Assembly (NCBI GenBank): GCA_965112155.1
Contig: OZ218099.1
From: Podarcis liolepis
Lineage: Eukaryota
Direction: 5' to 3' (one strand)
DNA length: 64,000 bases
The notes under the pieces were generated by a model. The model was given only the letters and a program-made list of their open reading frames with translations. It had not been told where the DNA came from and ran no database searches. Position 1 is the stretch's first letter, and each line of letters opens with the position of its first letter. The position numbers and the translations under genes are program-made. This document shows positions 53,013 to 64,000 of this stretch, in pieces.

Positions 53013-55647
53013 TACTTTTTTTTTCAATCTGAGCCTGATAATCCCACATGTGCCTCTTTGGTTGCTGGCAGTAAAAGTGCAATCATTATAGATCTGTAGC
53101 TTCTAGTGTGGTGTGCCAGCCATGACCTTGCCACTGCCCTGCCCCACTCCATCTAGCACCATTCAGGAAAGCTGCAGAGATGCCGGTGTTGGGAAAAGTA
53201 GCTCTGCACCACCATACAAGACACTACTCTTATGAACTAAATAATTAGCTGCCCATTCAATACATCTAGAATCAGCTGCCCTCCCACTCTGTTTGACGGA
53301 ATGGCCAGTGCTACCCAGCCTGCTTCCTAGCTCCTCCACCTAGTCACGGTTCTCAAATGTTGAATGAAAATCCTCTTGATAGGGACCATAAGGACTAAAC
53401 TAAGCATGACTGGCAAGATCTATGATTAAGATCTCCCAGCAATGTAATCATAATTTAAAAAATAGTAGCTGTAGCATGCCACCAATCAGATTAGCACTGT
53501 GGCACTGGAAATCTTGTTCACCTGATAAAAATTATGCCCCTTAGCTGCTAGTATCTCTACAGAGCAAGTAGTATTTTGGGGGGTGGGGGACAATTTTATT
53601 CACAAAAACATCACCAGTGGGGTGGGGGAAGGGCTAAGACCCCTCTTCACCAGCACTGCAGTCCTAAGGCCATTCTCACCACAGCTGCTTTGTTCATTGA
53701 TTTAACCATCTCCTGACCACAAGTTTTGTCTCCCATGTCATTGCAAAAACAAGATTATTATTATTTTTTTAAAAATGACTACTAATAGTATAATAACGCT
53801 TACAGTAGGTTAATCCAAACAATCTGTGATCGGATATTAGAGCCACAATGAGAGATGGCGAGAAAAGAATTATTTCTCGGCTTTTAAAATATATTTTTCT
53901 CCTGTTGCCCAAAGTAAGAAATTAGCCCATTTATGCAATTCTACTGGATGACAAAGTTACAGAAGTGGGAATTTGGACTGCAGCAATTTTAAGCTGAGCT
54001 GGCAGCACTTTCAACAAAAGAAAATACTATGATTAGCAGATTTCATTATTCCATACAAAAATAGCTGTTCAGTTCTAGCAGGTTTAAATTCTTGTTGCAG
54101 CTGTTATAACAACCGGACATCTTCAAAGCCTGAAATTCATCATTTCCCCATGCCAGGAGGTAGGGGTTATTTATACAGTCATTTACAAAGCTAAGTTATT
54201 GGTTCAGAAGCAATGTGTAATGAATGAGGCAATTCAGTTTTCCTAAAAGATTTTGCAGAAGTACCTAGGGTACTCAGCCTCCCTGCTTCTCTAGAGGCAA
54301 AAAGTATAACAGGAATGAACAATACCTGTTTTAACCTAACATGAACTTGCATGTTTTCTAGTATGGGTCAAGACGGGAACATCTTATATGCTGTTTACTG
54401 GTCTGGATCATAAAGAATCATATATTTAGTTAAACAAAACATCTTAGACATGTTGAATGCAATGATAGTGCAGTATTGCTTGGTGAATATGAGACAATGG
54501 AATATGAGACAAAGACCCACAAAAAAAATATGTTTCAGTGCAACTAAGGACATAAAGATTGACCAGTATTAGTTCTGAAATGCAGCAGATACTCCAGGCA
54601 ATACTTTCTTTTTGGAAAAGAACTGGAGAATGCCTCTACCAGCGTGCATTCACTCTGGGATAATCCATTTGCCACTAGTGATGCCAATAAATCAAACTCC
54701 CAATATATTTATTTTGAAATTTTTAAGTATGGATTTACTAACTCTGCTCCTAAACTGGACACAAAGGACAGCCAATGCGTTACTTAGATAATCTCAGAAG
54801 TCCAACAAAAACAGTTTATACTCATGAAGATTGATGCAGTTCTCCAATATATAAAGTTTGCTGTTTGATATTCTATCCAAGGCACACTAATTACACTTCC
54901 TCATTTTTCTTAAAAGCAGATGTCATGTGCTAGATTTTTAGAGCAGATAATGAACAGCAATGAACATACACAGTGCCAAGAACTGCTGTCAGAAACATTA
55001 GTAAATTTTTGATCTTATGGATACGTTCAGAGTAGACTCTAGTACCTTTGGTGAAGAGTTATTTGACAAATGAAACAAAGGCTACAATTAACTCTCTCCA
55101 CGGTTTCACACAGTGAAAAATGAACAGGACTCCACATGCTTCTGTTCTTCAAAATGCAAACATAGGTATTGTTTTGTAAAATGTCTTAGAGAGCAGCAAG
55201 ATAACACATTACATATCTATATATGCCTACAAGCAATAACAGAAATTTGGCATTCATGAGTGTTGCACAGCAGATCTAAAGTATCACATTTTAACCAGAA
55301 ATCAATATGACAGAAATCAATATTCCTACATTCCTGGGAGCAAGCCCCACTTAACCCCATTGACACTTTCTTCTGAGTAGGCATGTATAGGATTGCACTC
55401 AAAAGTAAGACCCAATGAGCCTACTGAAACTTATTCCTAGGTAAGTGTTATAAGACTGCAGTTTTGTTTTAAATCAAACAAAACAAAAACATTTCAAAAG
55501 ACAAGGAAGGATAAAACTGAGCAGCAGTAACAAAACTTTTTCCACCGAAGGATGGCTTTTTATGCTTCATACTGTACTTTTCTTTAGATGTTTCTAATTA
55601 CTCTGTAAGCCACCTTGAATCCTGGTTTAGGAAAAGGCAGGGATATT

Positions 55648-55910
55648 ATAGAATCATGGAATCATAGAGTTGGAGGGGACCCAAGGGTCATCTAGTCCAA
55701 CCCCCTGCAAAGTAGGAATCACATCTCCTCTCATTCACCTCTTTTCCAAGCTAAACATACCCAGCTTCTTCAACTACTCCTCATAAGTCTTGGTTTCCAG
55801 ATCCTTGACCATCTTGGTTGCCCTCCTCTGCACATGTTCCAGCTTGTCAACATCCTTCTTAAATTGTGGTGCCCAGAATTGGACACAGTATTCCAGGTGT
55901 GGTTTGACAC
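55648..55910 (-). mobile_element. CR1 LINE 3' fragment with an internal deletion
   Basis: agaatcat..aatcatagagttgga 3' terminus and an [29 protein letters not shown]-like peptide. Followed by (TAT)n(TAG)n. Confidence 0.85.
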
Positions 55911-56012
55911 TATTATTATTATTATTATTATTATTAGTAGTAGTAGTAGTAGTACTTTAGTACATATATGCAAACACAACATATTTGCAGACAATGTTAT
56001 GCAAGTCAGATA

Positions 56013-56340
56013 CAGTGGTGCCTCGCAAGATGAAAAGAATCCGTTCTGTGATTCTCTTCGTCTAGTGGTTTTTTCGTCTTGCGAAGCAAGCCCATTGATG
56101 GATTAGCGGATTAGCGCTATTAGCAGCTTAGCATCTGCTGATCGGATCAGCTGATAAGCAGCTTAGCGGCTTAGAAAAAGGGGGGGAAGGAAAAAAAACC
56201 CGCAGGAACTCGCAAGACATTGTCGTCTTGCGAAGCAAGCCCATAGGAAATTCGTTTTGCGAAGCACCTCCAAAACGGAAAACTCTTTCGTCTAGCGAGT
56301 TTTCCGTCTTGCGAGGCATTCGTCTTGCGGGGCACCACTG
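56013..56340. mobile_element. Tc1/mariner MITE
   Basis: TA|CAGTGGTGCC(T/C)CGCAAGA...TCTTGCGGGGCACCACTG|TA. CpG-rich, so probably young. Confidence 0.9.
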
Positions 56341-57779
56341 TATGTATAAACCTCATTGAAATAACTCTTCACAATAAAGAAGAATCACAATATGCACATG
56401 TTTTGTACTTTGTGATCTGAATCCCAGTACCAACTGCAGTTTGAAAAGCTACTTTCTGAACATGTTAAAATGCTCACATTGTATACAGTCTTTTCATGCC
56501 ACTGGACCAAGTTAGAATGCACATCGGAGAAACCACCATTTTTTGAAGACATGCCCCTCCTTCCCTTACAGCCTCCCTCAGTGTGGAAATGGCAAACATC
56601 CTTAGCAGAACCACGGTCCTTCCCCTATATGCATTCTGAGGTGGTGCAGTCTTATGACAGAACTGCGACAACCACCACACGTTTGAAACACCTCTTATTT
56701 AAGCTTGTTCAATACCTTGGAAAGGATAGCCAAGGGGCTGTTTCTACTGAACAAGGATATCTATTTCTAGCAGAACAGGAAGTATTCTTCAACACAAGAA
56801 AAGCATTTGAAAAACATTTTTCTGCAGTCTCCTTGAGTGTGCAGAAAGCTGTAAAAAGAAGGGATCTGTCAAGAAAACCTTTAAATGAAATGAGATTGCA
56901 TGTAATCTTATGTGTGGTATAAGAAAATGCGGGGGGGGGGAGGGCACCTTAGCCTTTGATTCAAAATTTCTTTCATGTTCAACTGCTAGAGGAAAAGATA
57001 CTTCCCAGGGCAACTGCCATTCAGAGAATTTATCCATGCACATTTGCTCTCTACGTGCCACAAATTAATTTTACTATTCTCAAATTTATTTTTTCAATGA
57101 AAGCTATTTGTTTTATTTGAAAATGTATCTAGTCAAAACTATTTAGTGCGCTGTTTATTATCATCATTTCTGTGGCTATTGTAAGCTGTGAAACAAATTA
57201 GCCTTTTAGCGTGCATATGTGGCCGTGCATTTGCTTCTTCCTTCACAATTGTGAGCAATCAAATCAGGAAGTGTCCAATCAATCATGGTTCCCATTTTGT
57301 CTAAACTGGGAAATTATGCTTGCCAGCTTCAGAAAAAGTCAGTATATTAAACACAAGTTTGAAATTAGTTTTGTTAATAAAAGGTATGTGGCATATGAAC
57401 ATACAGATTCTACTTTTAGCTGTCATGACCATCACCCATCAAAGTCTTGCCCTTCATGGATTTGCCTAATTTTGTTTAAAATGCCAGCACTAAATTCACT
57501 GTACAGTACATGTATTGTGTAAATATGTGCTTTTAATCGTTCTGAACATACAATCAGTTCCATTGTATAATTAAGGTCTAGCATTATGACAAAAATAGTT
57601 TCTCTTTATTCACTACCTATATGGTTGCTAATCTGGTACGTTTCTGTCATGCTTCCTCCTCCCCTAGTTATCTTGTTCCTAAGCTAGCCACCCACCCAAA
57701 AAAAACAAACAAATACTAGTTTAGCCTTTTCTCATAGTGAGATACTCTTTCTGGATGATCAGGGGGTCTCTAGTTGGCC

Positions 57780-58290
57780 TTTTATTTATTTATTTTTAAA
57801 ATACTTTATTGACAGTCTTATACAACAAATAAAGTATACATCTTCTTTTACTAGACATAAGTATAAATCTTATAAACGAAGCAACAACCATATACAAGTA
57901 ATACTCCATTTGTTAACAAACAAATACTTTCTTATTCCTTTTAGTGAATTTTCCATTATGGTTCCAATCTCTCTTCTTTTATGGGGGGTGGGGGGTGGGG
58001 TGGACGGACCTTATCTGCTGACTTTAGGCCTTTTTTTTAAATCTAGGTCACTTTTCAGCTATTGCTTGAATTTATTCCATCCTCATACCTCTCTGTGCTG
58101 TGCTCCATCACATCTAGCTTTAAGTTTTCATATTTAGCTGCTTTCTCCAGCCCAGTTTGTTCCTTTCTTTCACATTTAAGCTGCTCTTTTGACTTCCTTA
58201 CTGAAATCCTGGCAACTGACCTTTTGTTCCCCTTGGATTGTGATTTTGGATTACTTTTCTGGTAAATAATTATTGGCTGCATCATGATTT
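57780..58290 (-). mobile_element. Probable L1-type LINE 3' fragment
   Basis: T-rich (tttat)n tail on the + strand and a K/E-rich ORF2-like remnant. Confidence 0.45.
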
Positions 58291-60923
58291 GCCTTCCTTT
58301 AGAGCAGGGACAAAGAACCTGTAGCCCTCTCAGAGCAAACCATCCTGGGGCTGGGAGTCATGGTGTGACTAAAATACATGATGACTATTTACATTTGTTG
58401 TGGGAGCAGATGTGCACCCCTGAAAAATACCCTACTGTACCAGGCGAGGAGACGACAGAACTCAAGACCATGCTGAATAACTAAGAAATGACTAATACCA
58501 AGATAAACTAAACCTAAACTCCTGAAAATAACCTAGCGTAACTGATTTAAAAGATTGTGTTGAGACCATTTTTAGTGTGCTGTGCACCCTAACGTAAAGC
58601 ATATAATATATGGTAGAAAGCAAAAATGACCTGATCCCATGTTTCCAGAAGGTTAAAGTGCTTGAAAATGTTAGTAGTTGAATTTTGTTGTTGTTCTTAT
58701 GCTGGTTTTTCTATTGCTAAAAATACATTGTTATAGCTTCCGAGAATGATCTGCCTTTTTTAAAAAAACAACAACAGCAACACAAACAAACAGCAACACA
58801 CCCTTATACCTTATCCAGGATACTTTGTGAGCAGAGTAACTTTGTGAGCAATAGAAGCTGACAGGAGCCAATGAAGCTGCATGGTACCTGTTACAACTGT
58901 CTTATTCTTTCATGGCCACCTATGGTTTGATAATACATTTCTTTTTTAAAGTGACAGAAAAAGAGGGAGAGAATAAAAATTTTACCACTAGTCCAGTTTC
59001 AGCAAACACACAATACAGGTTGAGTAGTCTGTGAAATTGTGGGGCTGTGTCATGGAAGTTACTCCTACAAGGGTTAATGAAATGGATGACAAGTCTGGAA
59101 TGTAGAACTGCCACAGTCCAGACCTGCTGGCCAAGGCATGTGTCTGTGTGACACCATATCTTAGCACTGTACGAACTAGCAAGGTCACCAACAAGCGAAG
59201 GCTACTAGCTTGCGTCAGGGTAGTTTGGAAATTATGGAGAAAGAAAACCACACCGTGTGAACACGCCCCTTGCAAAAAGAACTGCGGCACAATTTCCTCA
59301 ATATGCTTTAAAAAATGCACCCTGCTGTCTCCACGGCAAGTCTTTACCACAGAGAGATTAAAGGATGCTGAAAATAAACAAATAATATCTGACCAATTTT
59401 CCTTGTGATATGCAGTTCCTACGTTTAAATGGTGGGAAGCCTTTTTTTTTAAAGAAAAACTTCACTTATCACAGCAGGTATTTCTTGACTGCAAACAGTC
59501 ATATTGCACAAAAGTAGTATGCGTGCGGGGGGGGGGGGGGTAAAAGAATCCTAGGAAATAGAGTACAAGCAAAAATAAGCAAACCATTTAAAACTTTGTG
59601 GTAATTCTGAACAATGCAGTAGCCATAACTCACCCAAAGGGGAATTAAAGTTGAGTATCGCAATTCTGAAAATTCAGAATATCCCCCCCCCCAAATCCTA
59701 TTGGCCTTACAAGAAAACAGAAAGACACACACTGAGGTGGGTAAGGGGCTTCTGGAAAGATGTGTGTCCCTCATGAAGCAATAACATGGTGGTTGTAAAG
59801 AATATAGAGGATTAATGGTGCTTTAATTAAGTACTATAATGGGGATGAGACAAAGATGACTCAGAGACAGAACTCTTCATTACATAGATCACAGCATTGT
59901 GACAAACAGGAAGAAGAAATTAACTGTTATCCTCAAAATGATCATCACATCACTGAAATCAATGGTATGAGTGGGACATGATTAGCTGAACGTTTCCAAA
60001 ATCATCTTAAATAATTTTCTGGTTGTATCTGCAAGCTACACACCATAGCTTTTACATATGGATGGTGTCATCTGAAAACCAGTATCCAGCAATACCTGGG
60101 TTTCTTTGTTTTATTTATTTATACATTTAATGAGAGAAACCGGTGTTCTGTGAATTGCAGAAAAACATCTGTTTGCCTCTGGCACAGAGGCTCATTTGTT
60201 AACACACAGCTAATATTGGAACACAGAAAAAAAAATGTTGGTGGAAAGGGAAAAGTCTGAATTGACGGATAACGTAGAAATAGATTTTGTCCACTTAATA
60301 AAATAAAAAAGGAGGGAAAGACCAATGCATGCACTACAATTCTATTTTTCTGGGAGAACATGTCCCAAGGCTCTGCAGTCAGGACTGAGTTATATAATAT
60401 TGAAAAGAAAAGTGGTGAAGACATAGGCAAGAGTGCAGGGAAGACTGGGAGCCCGAAGGCATGGGAACCAGGGATATTAAAACAACAACAACATTCATGT
60501 AAGCAGACTTTCCCTCTTCCACTGTCCTCAACCCACTTACACCCCCTCCAGAAAAATTGTTCCTGGGATAGTACAGGGAGTGAAATTAAGATGGAGGAAG
60601 CAGTTGGTATAAACTGGGTCCTCCTTATGTGAAAGGAGGAGGAGGAAAATGGAACCAATCCATTTGGCAGGAATTGGTGCAAGGCTGCTATGGAGGAAAG
60701 GAGGAAACAATGGATAAGGGCACCAAGGGACTAGGAAGATTTGTAAGAAGCCCAAAAAATTGCTCAGCAGCAGAAGATGGTGGGGAGGGTAGTGGAGTTG
60801 CCCTGCAGGTTGGGGATGGGCATGGTAGTGGCAAGGTTGAGGGAGCTCTGGGTTGGTGACAGCACCATCCAGCCGCATCCCAGGAAGTGTTATGTCACTG
60901 GGAGGCTGATTTGTTGTTCCCTA

Positions 60924-61274
60924 ACGCGGGTGGCGCTGTGGTCTAAACCACAGAGCCTAGGGCTTGCCGATCAGAAGGTCAGCAGATTGAATCCCCATGA
61001 CGGGGTGATCTCCCATTGCTCAGTCCCTGCTCCTGCCAACCTAGTAGTTTGAAAGCACGTAACAGTGCAAGTAGATAAATAGGTAATACCTCCGGCGGGA
61101 AGGTAAATGGCGTTTCCGTGTGCTGCGCTAATTCACTAGAAGCAGCTTAGTCATGCTGGCCACATGACCCGGAAGCTGTACGTCAGCTCCCTCAGCCAGT
61201 AAAGCAAGATGAGCGCCACAACCCCAGAGTTGTTTGCGACTGGACCTAACGGTCAGGGGTCCCTTTACCTTTAC
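60924..61274 (+). mobile_element. Sauria SINE (Squam1), second copy
   Basis: Collinear with 47464-47811; (ACCTTT)n-type tail. Confidence 0.9.
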
Positions 61275-63728
61275 ATTTTAACGTTAGGATACATGAATCA
61301 ACAAGAGGCTGGCTAAAGATCCTGGCTTGTTAGGAAGCAGTAAGCCATGCTCTGGGTTTGGATGTAATAGATACATGCTACTCATGCAGAATAAATGAGG
61401 ATAAGCCAGCAACCCTGGCTTACCATGATGTGCAAATTTCATTTCTACTGTATATCTAAGCCAGCAATCTGAAGGATCTGAAAGCAAGGACAAATGTGCA
61501 TAAGCACTCTTGCTTTTCCTTAATTTAAACATTTTCCTATGCTGTGAATTCTGATCCCACCTTCAGATTACCTTGTTCTAGTATGCCTATATTGTTATAA
61601 GCAACTGGCACTAATTTTTATTTAAAATAAATGGCTTGTTCTACACTTACCCAACCAATCCATTCATCCATATACCTGCCCACACACTTCTTCCCAGGTG
61701 TAACCCTGGAATAAACTATATCCATCTATACTTTCTCTCTAACTAATTGTATAATTTACTTAATTTCTTCTGTATTGTAGTGCCATTTTTGTACCTGAAA
61801 GTGCCGTTTCAGTTGTTTTTCATATATCTTTGCAGAAACATTTTTAGGGCTGCCTTATGACCTAATTCACCTACACAGAAAATATTGCACTCCCTTTACA
61901 CACATATACTTAGCACCAAACTAAATGAAATGTAAGGCATTCCATCCTGCTGATACTATATAAAAAAGCACAAAGCTGGCAATATGTCTTATAAATTGTG
62001 CTAGTACTTTCTCAGACAGATATAAGTGGAAGGAAAATTTGCCTTCCCATAGTATTTCATGTTGCTGTTACTAATTCTGGGTCATTATTGCTGAACTGGA
62101 AACAACCGCAGAATATTGAGAAATCCAGGTCACAGGGAGGAATTCAACATCATGCTATTTTGATCGTTCTATCAGCTCCTGCGTTTCTGCTTACCAGATG
62201 GACAAGCACCCTCTTCTCCTCCCTGCAAACTGGTCTGGGGGAATCTTCTGATCCTCCAAAGTGGATTGGGGGAGGAGACACACAGGGAGAGGAGAGAGGA
62301 GGGAAGTCCCATTGCATTAGTGGGAGCCCTTGAGTTGGCTTCTGGTAGTTCACCAGGTTATATGAATCTGGGCCACAGTTTCCACTAATATAATTCAATG
62401 GTTTGGTTTTTCTCTGTTTGCTAACAATGCGCCATTGTTAGCAAACAGCACCAGATATATCACACACGCATAATTAATCATACATGTATAGTCAATAAGC
62501 AAAGGCAGCAATTATTAATTATCCTTAAATATGATAAGTAAAATACTGAAAAATGCATTGGGTAGGTAAAACATCAAAGTTTGGTTTCATGGCAGGATTC
62601 AGCATCATTTGGCCAATTAAAAATAATAATAGTCGAGGGACTCATCAATTCAGTGCCACATGAAACCATGACACCACAGCTCATAAACAAACTACGAAGG
62701 AGTGCTTAGAATGCAGAAGGGTTGGAATTGAAGTGGATGGGCATAAACTGTCAGCTATGTATTAAGGCCTAAACAACACCCACCCACCTACAATTAAGAT
62801 CACACAGCACTAGGGATACTTGAATCTGTCAATTTCAGAATCTCACAGTTTCTCATTTTTCCAATCAATAGGTGATATATATTAGAAAAATTCATCAGCA
62901 TTATATGCTACTGTCTCCTAATATACACATTTCTGTACTGTATGCAATTTTGCCTTATACAAACATTTGTGCTTGTGGTTTTCATTAATATATGTGTTTT
63001 TATGCCATTTTGTATGCACTGCATGGCTGAAGAATTGCACTACAAAATTTGGCGAAGTGTGAATTTTGAAGGGTGGCCGTATTTCACTTCGCTTATTGTT
63101 TCAAAAAGTGCAAATTACGTAAGATTACATTTAAATGCAAACTGAAATGGAATCCATCCCAGTTCCTCTCCAGCACCTTATCCTCCTGCATGAGCGCTTC
63201 AACAAACACACCCAGTCAATTGAATATGTCAACTAACTTGCTGCACACAATGCTTACTTATACAGTTATCATTAATGTTTTATGCTCTTGTGCAGAAAAT
63301 GCAGAATTTGCAATATAAACACTGGGGGGAGGAATCAAACATATGAATCAGTACAAAGAGGCAGGAAATAATAATTAAAGTAAATACACATGATAAAGCA
63401 ATCACCTTTGCACTGGGAAGCCTAATTACAGTGGTGCAGGCACCATCTACTTCAATGACCAATCTAAACCCTTCATTTAAAAAACCTGAAACAAATAGCA
63501 ATCCTGTTCAGCAGCAGAAAAGGATAAGGAATTGATAGTAATCCTCATGCTCCTCGCATGAACTCCAAAAGACATTTGAGTGAGACTTTAAAAGCTGAAA
63601 ATTGTCCATCAAACACACAAAATAAGTTCCTCTAATCCTTGTGCCACAAATTACTAATCCATCTGGAGAGCTAAATTTGTTTTGTGTGTTTACAAGGATC
63701 TAAATGTCATCCGACACACAGACAACTA

Positions 63729-63932
<204 letters not shown>

Positions 63933-64000
63933 CTATTTTTGTGGATTTTGTTCAATCTGCTTGATATACAGGCAGATTCTCAAGGTCCAAGAAAAGTCAA

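Noticed and set aside
56470-56922. 150-aa + strand ORF
   Set aside because: No recognisable homology or gene structure.
60119-60682. Longest ORF in the window (187 aa, minus strand)
   Set aside because: F/L/S-rich with no recognisable domain and located in an intron; consistent with a chance ORF.

Overview
Vertebrate genomic DNA, most likely from a lacertid lizard, judging by its Sauria and Squam3-type SINEs, lizard L1/L2/CR1 LINEs and hAT/mariner MITEs. The window holds the 3' part of GABRB2 (GABA-A receptor beta-2) on the minus strand. Five constitutive coding exons are present (83, 138, 153, 245 and 348 nt, all GT-AG with consistent phases), followed by a probable ~6.1-kb 3'UTR. The most interesting region is the last intron (14928-30243), which splits the M3-M4 cytoplasmic loop. 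It contains three in-frame phase-0 cassette exons, none present as such in the ORF track: (1) a 111-nt orthologue of the mammalian beta2L exon that reads codon-for-codon as the antisense strand of a CR1 LINE reverse-transcriptase motif; (2) a 51-nt exon that fits the chicken beta2L exon and lies next to an AmnSINE1 remnant; (3) an unrecognised 84-nt candidate exon. The same intron carries a young Penelope-type insertion forming a perfect 336-bp palindrome with a minimal hammerhead ribozyme core on each strand. Family assignments come from my memory of consensus sequences; no searches were run.
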